From sequence record NC_070999.1: a DNA stretch of 64,000 bases. One strand, given 5' to 3'. The translations under genes and the position numbers were made by a program. This document shows positions 1-9,738 of this stretch, piece by piece; position 1 is the first letter of the stretch; every line of letters starts with the position of its first letter. A model generated the notes under the pieces. That model saw only the letters and a program-made list of their open reading frames with translations. It was not told the DNA's origin and did not search any database.

Positions 1-485
1 TATTCAACCAATACGATAAGGTTAAAATCCCAGATACTTTATCTAAAGAAGATTTCGATAAATACGAAACGGAATTAGCCAAGCACTTTCCGATTAAACC
101 TGAAAAGCTTAAAGACACTAGTATTGATGAAGTTGTAAAGATGTTTAATCTTTCTACGGAAGTCGCTGGTGAGCTTCCTGTGTTAAATAAGGAAGGGGTG
201 AAAGAAGCCGTTAAAGTAATGTCAGAACTATGTGACATCGCCAGTGGGTTTGAGAGCAAAACAGTCGATTTATTGTCAGCTGGTATTGATTACGACGATC
301 GTGATGGTTCTGACTTCTGGTATCGAATGCATGAGAAACATTCTAAATACGAGAAAGAACTTTTCAGTGCTATCAACTGGGGTGAAGTAACTAGTTCAGT
401 AGTGGATATTGAAATCGGTTTTGAGAAACAAGTTATTAAGCTACTTAAGTTTCTTGAAATGTGGATCTGGTGTTCTATTAAATAA
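1..485 (+). CDS. 5'-truncated ORF, probable virion (internal head-type) protein C-terminal part
   Basis: Frame is open from base 3 through the ORF-track start at 141 to the stop at 485, so the gene begins before the window. It is helical and acidic, and is followed by a strong terminator. The product call is a weak resemblance only. Confidence 0.55.
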   Translation, partial: FNQYDKVKIPDTLSKEDFDKYETELAKHFPIKPEKLKDTSIDEVVKMFNLSTEVAGELPVLNKEGVKEAVKVMSELCDIASGFESKTVDLLSAGIDYDDRDGSDFWYRMHEKHSKYEKELFSAINWGEVTSSVVDIEIGFEKQVIKLLKFLEMWIWCSIK

Positions 486-488
486 AAT

Positions 489-520
489 AACCTACCTAAC
501 CGTAATTGGTTAGGTAGGTT
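489..520 (+). terminator. intrinsic terminator hairpin
   Basis: AACCTACCTAACC-gtaatt-GGTTAGGTAGGTT, 13-bp stem directly after a stop codon. Confidence 0.8.
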
Positions 521-552
521 TAAATCCTGTATAATTAAAAATTTACTGTGTC

Positions 553-584
553 CTATATTTTTTCAGATAGATATTATTAAGATG
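553..584 (+). promoter_or_regulatory. phage early promoter motif (copy 1 of 9)
   Basis: CTATATTTTTTCAGATAGATATTATTAAGATG upstream of ORF 623. The motif recurs 9 times in front of plus-strand gene runs and resembles the TATATTAC-type early promoters of phiKZ-like virion RNAP. Confidence 0.75.
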
Positions 585-622
585 AGTAAACCAAGTAAGT
601 TGTTTCAAAACAGTCTAGGAGA

Positions 623-1000
623 ATGATTATGCGTTTTAAACACGATAGTTTAATGAAAGTAAAGAAGGTTTTAATGACTCGTGTAAGTTACATCATTAAC
701 TTGCAAATCCGTAATGGTGAGAAAGCTGTTGATCTCGCTACCAAGTACAAAATCAACCCCAGTACTATTTCTGAACTGAAACTTCAGAAAGTTGATAAGA
801 TGAGTTTAGATCGTCTTATTACTTGTGTTGATAAAATGGGATTGGAATATTCCATCGGGATTGCGAATTCCAATGGTTATAAAACTATAGACGTTTCTTT
901 ACCGAAGTATGACAATGATCCAGTTATTCGTCAGATTGATATGACACGTCATCAACACAAACATGAATCTAGCAAAAACGTAACAACTCGAGCGGTATAA
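623..1000 (+). CDS. XRE-family helix-turn-helix DNA-binding protein
   Basis: KAVDLATKYKINPSTISELKLQKVDKMSLDRLI matches the XRE/HigA-like HTH pattern; AGGAG RBS. Confidence 0.7.
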   Translation: MIMRFKHDSLMKVKKVLMTRVSYIINLQIRNGEKAVDLATKYKINPSTISELKLQKVDKMSLDRLITCVDKMGLEYSIGIANSNGYKTIDVSLPKYDNDPVIRQIDMTRHQHKHESSKNVTTRAV

Positions 1001-1004
1001 AGAG

Positions 1005-1346
1005 ATGATCAAAGAAATTCTATCTAATAGTGAATGTGTAGAGAAACAACTCATTAAAACATTCCCGGAGTTTAATCAGCAATTCCCGGAAGAGTTAAAG
1101 CTAACTTTGATCAATATGATCAAACACGATGAAACGGTTACTGTATTCCCTAACACTGTGGAAGTTCAAAATAGTACCTTTAAGCAACTTGTAATCAAAA
1201 TCTGTAAAGAGTGGGTGATCTTTATTACCGAGGAGTTGACTGAATACACTTGTTTCTATCGACAAGCTAATTTGGATAAACTTAAATCTTTTATTGCACT
1301 ACACAGTGAACAAACACTAGTAGGAGAATTATACGCTAAGTGTTAG
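1005..1346 (+). CDS. hypothetical early protein
   Basis: ORF tightly packed in early operon. Confidence 0.7.
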   Translation: MIKEILSNSECVEKQLIKTFPEFNQQFPEELKLTLINMIKHDETVTVFPNTVEVQNSTFKQLVIKICKEWVIFITEELTEYTCFYRQANLDKLKSFIALHSEQTLVGELYAKC

Positions 1347-1359
1347 GAGATTTGTTAAA

Positions 1360-1461
1360 ATGAAATTAACAAAACGTTCCGGAACAGTTATTGTAATTAC
1401 AGTAGTGTTCTGGGTAATAACAGGGATAGTTGGATACCAACTTTACCATGCCGCAGTGTAA
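1360..1461 (+). CDS. small single-TM protein (33 aa, not in ORF track)
   Basis: AGGAGA RBS at 1345; MKLTKRSGTVIVITVVFWVITGIVGYQLYHAAV; fills the gap between 1346 and 1476. Confidence 0.6.
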   Translation: MKLTKRSGTVIVITVVFWVITGIVGYQLYHAAV

Positions 1462-1475
1462 AAGGAAACAATGAA

Positions 1476-2810
1476 ATGACCAAGAAAAACAAAGAAGCTA
1501 AAGCAACAGAAGTTCCCCCGGTAGAAACTACCGAAGTTGTAGTTGAAAAAATTAAAGATCAGTCAGAAGCTACTTTTGACCATATTTATCCGGTAGTTAA
1601 AGTTGTAGAACCTGTGGTAATGGATAACGTAGAGATTCGTCCTAAGTACCCAATGTCACGAGTTACTGACAAACCTTTGCTGGTTGTGGGTGGTAAACAG
1701 ATTGAACTGAAAGAAGTGGAACTCAGTACCGATTACTTCTTTAGCAATATTGGACACCGCCGCTTCCCTAGTAACTATCGATTCAATTCTCACTTTAACC
1801 CACAAGAGATGAAGAGTGTCGATAAAGAACCTAAGTGGTACGGTGCAGAAGTAAATGGAATCCAATTCTTCTTGACCTGTGGCTCTCACGTTGAAATCGA
1901 ACGACTAAATAACGATACTACATTTGGTAGTATCGTGACAGATGGTCGTAAACCAGCTATTAAGTTCGCTTACTCCAGTATGATAGTGGAGACTCTGGGT
2001 ATTCGTAGTTACGAGGAAACCAAACTCTTTAATGTAGGTATCCGAGCGAGTTACTTGGGTCTTGATAATGTTAAACTTACAGATGGCCATTTCCACATCG
2101 ACAACTCTTGTGATTTGTCAAACGTAGATCTGGGTATCTTTAATGTTTCATCTGTACGTTCACTGCGTATCAGCCAATTCACTGGACATCGACTTTCTCT
2201 TAATGGTTTTGGTAATATCAATATCCATAGTGTAAGTTGTTACTGTAATGACGAAAATGCTTTCATTTTGGAACTTCCTGCTAATAAATCAGTTGATCTG
2301 GTTATTAGCAAGACTTCTCTGAATGACTTCAAGTTTATTCATTATGGTCGTGATCTAGCAACCGGCATTGATACTCAATCAAAGATAGTTATTAATAAGC
2401 GTTTGGATTATGGTCACATTGTAGGTGTTAATCCTGTACCGTTCGTTAAAGTTGGTAAGAGTTCTATCTTGGTAGGTGAGAAGTTGTTCACTGCTGTAGA
2501 GATGCTCGGTAAGATCTCTATGAACACTTTGGGGGAGATTGCACCACTATCCCCTTGGTACCCTACTCCGGCGTTTGGCTCACCTCGTACGCTTGATCCA
2601 TTGGTTGGTAAGGACACTGCTGATAAAGCTTACGCAGTTGCTTTCTATAACGGAGCTAATGGAAAAGTACCTGATCATCAACCTGATCAAATCGTAGTTG
2701 ATATTGTTCAAACTACAATTGATCAAATTCGATCTAAAGTTAAAGTGTTTGCTTTGATCGAAACACTAGAACCCGATGGACATCATTATGCCGATGAATA
2801 TCCGTACTGA
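1476..2810 (+). CDS. hypothetical protein with probable beta-solenoid core
   Basis: 444-aa ORF with AAGGA RBS, acidic N-terminus, and a central region of short repeating beta-strand-like units. Confidence 0.75.
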   Translation: MTKKNKEAKATEVPPVETTEVVVEKIKDQSEATFDHIYPVVKVVEPVVMDNVEIRPKYPMSRVTDKPLLVVGGKQIELKEVELSTDYFFSNIGHRRFPSNYRFNSHFNPQEMKSVDKEPKWYGAEVNGIQFFLTCGSHVEIERLNNDTTFGSIVTDGRKPAIKFAYSSMIVETLGIRSYEETKLFNVGIRASYLGLDNVKLTDGHFHIDNSCDLSNVDLGIFNVSSVRSLRISQFTGHRLSLNGFGNINIHSVSCYCNDENAFILELPANKSVDLVISKTSLNDFKFIHYGRDLATGIDTQSKIVINKRLDYGHIVGVNPVPFVKVGKSSILVGEKLFTAVEMLGKISMNTLGEIAPLSPWYPTPAFGSPRTLDPLVGKDTADKAYAVAFYNGANGKVPDHQPDQIVVDIVQTTIDQIRSKVKVFALIETLEPDGHHYADEYPY

Positions 2811-3504
2811 TACACTAAGCGCACTTGAAAGAATTACTAGAAAGTTTGGAGATATGTATCTTCATCTTTCTGGTGAAGGGAAAGTTTCTTTTCAAGGATT
2901 AAGAGACAGTTCCGCAAGTGGGTTCATTGTAACCCGCTTTGACGGTACCTTTGGTTGTATGGAACGTTTAATCGAAGATTGTACTTGTGCTTTGCAAGAT
3001 GCAATCTTGTTCATGGGAAACCTGAACATCGTCCCTAATCTGAACTTAGATGAAAATACCAAGTACGTACTAACTCCAGAGGAGTGGAATAAGGAACTAT
3101 CTGATTTTGCTAAGAAAATCGAAGAAAATCCTTTTAAAAAGGATTTTCACCATTACATTTATTACAAAGATAAAAATGGTAAGGATGAAACAGTAATCAG
3201 CATCGTTTTACAACCTCTTTGTAATGCCGAAGTTATCGGTGAATTTCACGCCAGTAGTGAAGCAGAGTTCTTGGGAGAGGTTACTGCTGTTAAAAGTAAA
3301 GATGGTTACGACACTATTATGTTCACCTCTGATAAGTTTGCGTTTTTATTGGAGACCACTAACGACAAACATCTTTACGACGATGAGAACTGTCTAAAAT
3401 ACAGAAGACATATTCCTACAGCAGGTGATTACCTACTAAGAGATAATGGTTCTGGTAAACTGATAGTTTTACCTCGTAGAGATTATGTAGGGTATTACCA
3501 CTAA
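2776..3504 (+). CDS. hypothetical protein
   Basis: 242-aa ORF overlapping the previous gene end and followed by a terminator; the true start may be slightly downstream. Confidence 0.7.
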   Translation: MDIIMPMNIRTDTLSALERITRKFGDMYLHLSGEGKVSFQGLRDSSASGFIVTRFDGTFGCMERLIEDCTCALQDAILFMGNLNIVPNLNLDENTKYVLTPEEWNKELSDFAKKIEENPFKKDFHHYIYYKDKNGKDETVISIVLQPLCNAEVIGEFHASSEAEFLGEVTAVKSKDGYDTIMFTSDKFAFLLETTNDKHLYDDENCLKYRRHIPTAGDYLLRDNGSGKLIVLPRRDYVGYYH

Positions 3505-3509
3505 GTTAG

Positions 3510-3537
3510 AGTGCAACTGGGAACTCCCAGTTGCACT
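3510..3537 (+). terminator. intrinsic terminator hairpin
   Basis: AGTGCAACTGGG-aact-CCCAGTTGCACT then ATTTT. Confidence 0.75.
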
Positions 3538-3549
3538 ATTTTACCTGCT

Positions 3550-3581
3550 CTATATTTTTTCAGATAGATATTATTTAAGTG
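3550..3581 (+). promoter_or_regulatory. phage early promoter motif (copy 2)
   Basis: CTATATTTTTTCAGATAGATATTATTTAAGTG. Confidence 0.75.
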
Positions 3582-3611
3582 TAAATCTAGGAGTGTATAA
3601 AGGAAACTAAG

Positions 3612-4409
3612 ATGTCTAATAAGAAAAAGAGAAATGAAGCTAAAAATCAGAAGAAGAAACAAGCTATTGCTGCTCACAAGCAGTTCTTTGCGCATCGCGC
3701 TAAAGTAACACATATCACCCAATCTCTTAATCACGCTCTAGGTAAGTTTTATATCATTGGGGATAAGAATCATCTTCCTATGACTTTTGGGTTGTGCGAG
3801 CTCAAGAACCGATTAAAAGGAGAAGATCTTAAAATCGGGTTAGAAGAAGCTATGAAGTTTCTACTCGATACTCCTAATACCTGGGTGATTGCTATTTATC
3901 ATTTCTTTGATATCGATGGGATAGTGGAGGTAATCCCGGTTACTTGCACAGTTCCAGATTTCACTTTAGGTATTGCTTGTGATCTAGTTCCTGCTTTAAT
4001 AGAGGAAACTAAAGTTTGTATTTTGGAAACTGAAGAGTATAAAGATCTTAAAGATTATTACTCTCACCATGGGTATTACATTAACTACGGAAATGACCTT
4101 AATTTTGATAAAATGGATGGTGATTTAATCAACGCCATGTTCACCGTCAGTAAAGACCTTCAGATGACTTCTGATAACATTCCAGAGGTAAACGGATATA
4201 AGGTACTAGATAACATTCTGAAGGATCCTAGCGAGGTTACAGGAAGTTCTGAGAGTGTTCCTCTTTGTAGTAATATGGTGGAACTAACTGAGGAATTGTT
4301 AAATGGTTTTATTTTGAATAAAGAAGAAAGTGTAGAAGAACTGGATGAGTTGTTTTCTGGGATTATGGGAGAGGGATTAAATGAATCAGTTGCAGTTGAG
4401 TGTTGTTAA
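3612..4409 (+). CDS. hypothetical early protein, basic N-terminus and acidic C-terminus
   Basis: AGGA RBS, first gene after promoter copy 2. Confidence 0.75.
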   Translation: MSNKKKRNEAKNQKKKQAIAAHKQFFAHRAKVTHITQSLNHALGKFYIIGDKNHLPMTFGLCELKNRLKGEDLKIGLEEAMKFLLDTPNTWVIAIYHFFDIDGIVEVIPVTCTVPDFTLGIACDLVPALIEETKVCILETEEYKDLKDYYSHHGYYINYGNDLNFDKMDGDLINAMFTVSKDLQMTSDNIPEVNGYKVLDNILKDPSEVTGSSESVPLCSNMVELTEELLNGFILNKEESVEELDELFSGIMGEGLNESVAVECC

Positions 4410-4710
4410 TAGCCAAGCAAATATTGAAACATTTCTCAAATCTAGTTTTGAAGCCAGTCATAATACAGGTGGAACTCTAGATCTTTATCTTTCCGATAAA
4501 CTTCATCTTACTGTTGCACTACATGCAGATAGTAAACAGTGTTGGATCCAACCTTGGTTGTTTGTAAAGAACGGTAAAAACTACTGGGAAGATAGCACTG
4601 GGTATTACCTTAATACCATTTACTGTAAATCGAATAACACTGACAAGGTTGCAAATATTGTTTCGCATCAACTTCACCAAGTTGTATTGAATCAACTTTG
4701 TAATCTTTAA
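4381..4710 (+). CDS. hypothetical early protein
   Basis: GAGGG RBS, overlaps previous gene end. Confidence 0.65.
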   Translation: MNQLQLSVVNSQANIETFLKSSFEASHNTGGTLDLYLSDKLHLTVALHADSKQCWIQPWLFVKNGKNYWEDSTGYYLNTIYCKSNNTDKVANIVSHQLHQVVLNQLCNL

Positions 4711-4748
4711 TACCAACTTAATTAGTCTAGATAAAAGGAATATAGAAA

Positions 4749-5126
4749 ATGAAACAACAACACATTGATAAACTCGCTTCCCTGATGACCAACGAAAAGT
4801 CAGAGTTTCGGATGCAGGTTTCTGCTCTAAATGGCAAAGGTGAACTGCGTATCGGGGGAAGTACTTTTGCGGTAGGTACTTTCGAGATCGTTGCGCATTA
4901 TGACGGCAAAGAAGTAACCTGTTCTGGTCACATGGGTCGTCAATACCTCACTATGACACAAGTCAGTAACGCCGAAATTGATCCTAGTAAACCTTGCTTC
5001 AAAGTTAACATCACTCGTCGCAATGGTGCCTTTATCAAGAACGATCAGTACATCAAAGCTGAAGAACACGCCGTAGCTAAGTTCTTTGCTGACTGGAGCA
5101 TTGATGTAGAACTTGATAATAAATAG
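4749..5126 (+). CDS. hypothetical early protein
   Basis: AAGGA RBS, packed operon. Confidence 0.75.
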   Translation: MKQQHIDKLASLMTNEKSEFRMQVSALNGKGELRIGGSTFAVGTFEIVAHYDGKEVTCSGHMGRQYLTMTQVSNAEIDPSKPCFKVNITRRNGAFIKNDQYIKAEEHAVAKFFADWSIDVELDNK

Positions 5127-5135
5127 GAACTTGTA

Positions 5136-5528
5136 ATGAGTACCATATCTGCGAACGTGTTTAATCAGATCATTGACTCCATCATTAGTGCTGGTGGAGT
5201 CGGTTTCTGGGTAGAAGATAACTTAATTAGAACATTGAAACAACATAATCATTTACGGTTCTGGCAAACAGCTAGTCATAGACCAGAGTTGTCTATTGAA
5301 AGTCCTAAAGCTAAACTAGAGTTTCGTTTAGTTAATCCTCGTAATCACGAATGGTCTTTCACCATTAGTTCTCAAACTGGAATGAGAAAGTCTGTAAGTT
5401 TAACCTGGATGGGGAACTTATCTAATCCTAAAACTAATCACGAACAAGGTAAATTACTTAGAAGTGAAGTAGGGTTAGTGTTAAGACAGTTTCTAGTTCA
5501 ATCGGGAATTAAATTCATTCCAAGTTAA
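5136..5528 (+). CDS. hypothetical early protein
   Basis: AGGA RBS, packed operon. Confidence 0.7.
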   Translation: MSTISANVFNQIIDSIISAGGVGFWVEDNLIRTLKQHNHLRFWQTASHRPELSIESPKAKLEFRLVNPRNHEWSFTISSQTGMRKSVSLTWMGNLSNPKTNHEQGKLLRSEVGLVLRQFLVQSGIKFIPS

Positions 5529-5540
5529 AGGGTTATAGTT

Positions 5541-5936
5541 ATGCCAGATCCTAATTTGAAATTATTACCTATTAGTAAAGACATTGTTTCAACTATTGAT
5601 AAAAGTAATATTGATACTTGGACTAAACACTTGCTCCCTCATCCAACACCTTTCTGGGAGTTCTGGAATACAGAGGAAGAGTTTAAATATCCATTTGTTT
5701 CTCTTTGTACTATTTATAACGAAGAGGGATTAATTAAACCTGAATTGTTGGTAGCGAAACCTGGAATTAACTATGAAGATGCAATTAAACATCTGGAATT
5801 GGTTTTAGTTCCAAATGTCTGGATCCTGCATGATGAGATTGGAATTCGTGCTGGTTCTTATTTGATTGCACTTTGGTTTACACCTGAAAGTGTTGTTTCT
5901 GAATTGAAAAGATTATTAGGAGATAAAAATGGATAG
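5541..5936 (+). CDS. hypothetical early protein
   Basis: AAGGG RBS, packed operon. Confidence 0.7.
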   Translation: MPDPNLKLLPISKDIVSTIDKSNIDTWTKHLLPHPTPFWEFWNTEEEFKYPFVSLCTIYNEEGLIKPELLVAKPGINYEDAIKHLELVLVPNVWILHDEIGIRAGSYLIALWFTPESVVSELKRLLGDKNG

Positions 5937-6525
5937 TAATTTCCCTTATAACAATCGGATTAATTATAACACATTTGTAACTGGCGTTTGGATTCCGTAC
6001 AACGGGTGGCGGGTAAAGAGTCTTCACGACATTAAACTTCACGATGGCACTATACTAAAACAGATGCAGCCAAATGCTTGTGCTTGGTTTGGTTCCGTAG
6101 GAAGGGTTGAAGATGATCAAGTTTTAGCCATTCGGGTTGTTCCTGATGAAGAACGTGGTAAATATGAATACACTGGTAAATCTAGAATTGAACGCGATCT
6201 TCGTTATTTTGGTCACTCTATCCCTGTTTGGTTGGAAGATGAACAACGTTTCATTTATCCTGACGAAGTTCCAGAAGGTAAATTCATTACCCCTTTGCAA
6301 CAAGCGCTGTGGAAGAAGTGTTGTACAAAGGAAGGTGATAAAGAAGAGTCATGGGAAGTAATTGTTTTAACAATTACTGGCAATCTAACCGATATGAATC
6401 TTAAAAGTTTCACTGATGGTGAACTTACTCGTTTATTCGATGAATGTGACGAGAGGTTGGTTACACCGGATGAACTTTCTGAAAGAATCAGAAGACGTGT
6501 TCTTTCTAACTACAACAGTTTTTAA
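5929..6525 (+). CDS. hypothetical early protein
   Basis: AGGAG RBS, overlaps previous gene end. Confidence 0.75.
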   Translation: MDSNFPYNNRINYNTFVTGVWIPYNGWRVKSLHDIKLHDGTILKQMQPNACAWFGSVGRVEDDQVLAIRVVPDEERGKYEYTGKSRIERDLRYFGHSIPVWLEDEQRFIYPDEVPEGKFITPLQQALWKKCCTKEGDKEESWEVIVLTITGNLTDMNLKSFTDGELTRLFDECDERLVTPDELSERIRRRVLSNYNSF

Positions 6526-6536
6526 GGATAAGTAAA

Positions 6537-6854
6537 GTGGAAACGGTATTTGAAAACCTTACGGATAAAGGTAAAGAGCGGTTGTTGTACGGATTGGAAA
6601 CCAGTATCAAATCTTTTAGTACATCTCGACATAAAGATTTTAAAAGATTCAATCTATGTAATGGTTCTTCAGTTTTGGTAAAGTTGGAACCTTACATGAG
6701 TTACAAAGAACATCTATCAGTTTTAATTACAAACCCCAAATCCAAGCAAGTTGTTAAAGAAGATTTCTATTTCCCTCTAACAGCTATAGGAAGGACAGGG
6801 GTATTTGAAACTAAGGCTAAAGAAATGATTAAAGTTATTTCTGAATTAATGTAA
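6537..6854 (+). CDS. hypothetical early protein
   Basis: AAGGA RBS, GTG start, packed operon. Confidence 0.65.
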   Translation: METVFENLTDKGKERLLYGLETSIKSFSTSRHKDFKRFNLCNGSSVLVKLEPYMSYKEHLSVLITNPKSKQVVKEDFYFPLTAIGRTGVFETKAKEMIKVISELM

Positions 6855-6885
6855 TCGTAACCTTAAGTCTAGATAAGGATATGCC

Positions 6886-7236
6886 GTGAAAGCTCTTGTA
6901 ACACTCTCTATTGTATTTCTGTTAACTATCTTTAGCTTCACAGCTATTAGCAAAGATAATCAACCTAATACCTCTCAGAAACGTTATATGAAAGGTACAG
7001 TTGTGCACGTAGATAACTGTGATGTAGAAACCAGTTATCACAAACTCTGTGTTGTGGTTATTGAACATAACGGAGTAGATAAACCTGTTACTGTTCTAGG
7101 TAAAGTTGATATTGGATCTGTAGTATACAAAGAGTGTAGAGTTAAACTTGGTTCTGTCCAGTGTAAAGAAGATTGGAAGAACTATATCAATGAAGACTTC
7201 TTAACTGGTGGAATTTATATTAAGGATAACACATGA
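6886..7236 (+). CDS. exported or membrane-anchored small beta protein
   Basis: N-terminal hydrophobic segment MKALVTLSIVFLLTIFSFTA followed by four Cys (possible disulfides). Confidence 0.65.
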   Translation: MKALVTLSIVFLLTIFSFTAISKDNQPNTSQKRYMKGTVVHVDNCDVETSYHKLCVVVIEHNGVDKPVTVLGKVDIGSVVYKECRVKLGSVQCKEDWKNYINEDFLTGGIYIKDNT

Positions 7237-7391
7237 CTTTACAAGAACGTTTGGAACAAGAAAGTAAAGAAACTTCAGTAATACAAGTACCTCTGGGAAA
7301 TGTTAACGACAACAGTATTCTGGAACAATATCCAGGAGAAAGGGTAACTTTAGCTGATTTTCAAAATAGTATTGATGTAACACCAAACTAA
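7233..7391 (+). CDS. small acidic protein (52 aa, not in ORF track)
   Basis: AAGGA RBS, ATGA overlap with previous stop, MTLQERLEQESKETSVIQV..., ends just before a terminator. Confidence 0.55.
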   Translation: MTLQERLEQESKETSVIQVPLGNVNDNSILEQYPGERVTLADFQNSIDVTPN

Positions 7392-7410
7392 TTTGGTAGA
7401 ATAACTAATA

Positions 7411-7444
7411 AACTCTCTACTCCCAATTAAGGGAGTAGAGAGTT
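7411..7444 (+). terminator. intrinsic terminator hairpin
   Basis: AACTCTCTACTCCC-aattaa-GGGAGTAGAGAGTT, 14-bp stem. Confidence 0.8.
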
Positions 7445-7473
7445 ATAATTTTATTTGTGTTTTTTTGTTTCAA

Positions 7474-7485
7474 GATCTTATGACC
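7474..7485 (+). promoter_or_regulatory. candidate late promoter (TATG)
   Basis: GATCTTATGACC between terminator and tailspike 1. Similar GATnyTATG occurs before the other tail-anchor genes and at 36434. phiKZ late promoters carry TATG at the start site. Confidence 0.4.
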
Positions 7486-7539
7486 GTTCTGAGGAATCAC
7501 TTTAATAGTGATTTGAATTTTCATAAGAGGAACAGATTA

Positions 7540-9735
7540 ATGTCTAGCAATAAACCTTTCCCGTCGTCAGATCTTGACGTATTTAAAGACAACAGTCTTA
7601 TATTAGACAACTTTGTCAACAGTCAGGATAATGAATATCCTGATCGTTTTGGTCGTAAGAGACCAACTATTACAGGGATCATCAAAGAAGCCTTTAACGT
7701 TCGTACTGACATTTCCAATATGAATGAAACTCTTATTGGTCAAAGTCGTTGGGACACGGTTCCTAAGAACACCAGTTTGACTTTAGGTGGCGATAACGGA
7801 GCTTTGAACAAGCAAGCACAAGCATTGTTTAACCGTACTGAAATGTTGAAAGTTCACTCTAGAGAAGCTTTACGTAGAACTTATTTAGAAGTGGGCTTAA
7901 ATTTAGTTGAAGGCAGTTTTGAAGAAGGTGGGACTTTAGAAACGCTCACAGACATACTCATCGAAGATAAAACAGGTAAATGTTATTCTTGGAAAGGTTC
8001 ACTCCCAAAAGTAATCAATAAAGGTGAAACACCAAGCGAAAATGGATGGTTTTTGGTTTCTAAGTTATCTCCTGAACATTTTGGCGCAGGTGGGGAAGGA
8101 AGCACCGATGACACCTTGGCACTTAAAAGGTTTATTCAGGCGATTTTAGATGGTGTTGATTGTAAATTTCAAAGAAATAAGATTTACAATGTTAGTTCTA
8201 ACTTAAGTTTTATTCTATCTGATAAAATTTACGAAATAGATTTTAAGGATTGTGTTATTAGGTACATAACACCAATCCCCGAAATGACACTGGTCAAGGT
8301 GCTTAATTTCACCCAACCTGACCACACAAAACAAACATCATTGAAAGTTAGTAACTTAAAAATTATTTCAGATATCCCCTATTTTGAATCGGTAACTGCT
8401 AGTGATAGACGAGGGATTTGGGGGATGACATTTACAGGAATAAAAGATTTTACAGTAGAAAACTATAAAGCTGAGAATTTGTTTTACGGGTCAGGGTTAA
8501 CAGCTAGTAAATATAATAAAGGTTATATCAGAAATATTAATTTTGTTAACGTTGGGAGTAAATTTAACCCAACTAAAGATGACGTTTCTGCGTCGGATGC
8601 AGCAGGTGATGGTTTCCATTTTTACGATGTTATTGGCGATGCTTCTACGGTAATGGAAAATGTAACCACAAGTTCTTACACTGACAAGATAGGCAGGTGC
8701 GGAGTGGCTTTAGAAGCCTTTGGGAACTTAGGTACTTCGCATAACGTTTCAATAAAAAATGGGAATTTCTTTGGGTACCATCGTGTTGTACATCAGGAAG
8801 ATGGTGGAATTTCTGTTATAAGTTGGGAAGGTGGGGAGGTTAGAGATTTTTCAAACCTTTTTGTTTCTGTACAAGGTACCGTGGGGAACTTACGTGGTGT
8901 TTTTAATAATCTAAAAATCACTGTTAATCAAAAAATTGCATATGGCGGTGTCTCTGGTTTAGTTAATTTTCAGCAGGGTGGGCGATTAGTTTTAAATGAA
9001 TGTTTTATAAAATACCTGAGCAGTGTCCAGCAAAAAGGTCCGTTGACTATAAATAATTCAGTATTGGATCTTGGGTCTAAAACAATTTTTCATGCCAGTT
9101 TAAATGAAATTATTTATAACAATTGCAATTTAATTGCTGATAATGGAAAATTTGACACATCTGGTCAGCCAAAGGGGTTTGTATTTAATAATTGTTTTGG
9201 AAAGAAATTCGTTATAGTTAGTCAAAATCCTATAGTTAAAATATCTCATTGTGAGTTCGAAGACGTTAATTTTAAACTTACCAATACAGGGACTAGAAAT
9301 AGCGAAATTCGAGACACTAGTATTCACTACAGCTTAGGTACAACAATTTTAGAAAATTCTTATAACTGTGGAATTGATTTTTTAAACACCAATATCACAT
9401 CTATCGGGATCTCAGTAATTTATGGCGACGGAAACGTGGACAGCAACGTTAAGTCATGTACTTTGAAAAATGTAAAACTGCAGATTTCGAATGGAAACGC
9501 TGATCCAGAAGGTAGAGATGTAGTTCAGATAACAGGGACTAAATTCATTGCTACAGAATCAAGTTTCGGAACGTCTTTTTTTAACAAATACCAAGCTGCT
9601 GGAGTTGTTCAATCCTGTATTTTTATAGATAAAACAACGGAACAAACATTAGTCAAAGAGACAGATGGACCTGTGTTTTTGGTCACTGGGCGCGGTAACG
9701 TATTAATAAATAAAGCTGGCGGACAGAGTATTTAA
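7540..9735 (+). CDS. tailspike 1: virion anchor modules plus beta-helix (pectate-lyase-like) depolymerase domain
   Basis: Likely start is the ATG at 7540 (AAGAGG RBS), not the TTG at 7465. N-terminal DN..LD.....DRFG..RPT anchor, GG..GALNKQAQALFNRT motif, GLNLVEGSFEEGGTL tailspike N-module, GAGGEGSTDDTLA beta-helix entry motif, then Asn/Gly-rich repeats. Confidence 0.8.
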   Translation: MSSNKPFPSSDLDVFKDNSLILDNFVNSQDNEYPDRFGRKRPTITGIIKEAFNVRTDISNMNETLIGQSRWDTVPKNTSLTLGGDNGALNKQAQALFNRTEMLKVHSREALRRTYLEVGLNLVEGSFEEGGTLETLTDILIEDKTGKCYSWKGSLPKVINKGETPSENGWFLVSKLSPEHFGAGGEGSTDDTLALKRFIQAILDGVDCKFQRNKIYNVSSNLSFILSDKIYEIDFKDCVIRYITPIPEMTLVKVLNFTQPDHTKQTSLKVSNLKIISDIPYFESVTASDRRGIWGMTFTGIKDFTVENYKAENLFYGSGLTASKYNKGYIRNINFVNVGSKFNPTKDDVSASDAAGDGFHFYDVIGDASTVMENVTTSSYTDKIGRCGVALEAFGNLGTSHNVSIKNGNFFGYHRVVHQEDGGISVISWEGGEVRDFSNLFVSVQGTVGNLRGVFNNLKITVNQKIAYGGVSGLVNFQQGGRLVLNECFIKYLSSVQQKGPLTINNSVLDLGSKTIFHASLNEIIYNNCNLIADNGKFDTSGQPKGFVFNNCFGKKFVIVSQNPIVKISHCEFEDVNFKLTNTGTRNSEIRDTSIHYSLGTTILENSYNCGIDFLNTNITSIGISVIYGDGNVDSNVKSCTLKNVKLQISNGNADPEGRDVVQITGTKFIATESSFGTSFFNKYQAAGVVQSCIFIDKTTEQTLVKETDGPVFLVTGRGNVLINKAGGQSI

Positions 9736-9738
9736 TTA

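Noticed and set aside
7465-7539. N-terminal extension of tailspike 1 from the TTG at 7465 (similar track extensions at 9800, 18070, 19124, 20438, 25459, 30991, 36480, 47827 and 63987)
   Set aside because: Downstream ATGs have clear SD sequences or match paralog N-termini, while the extensions run through terminators, promoter motifs or the preceding gene.
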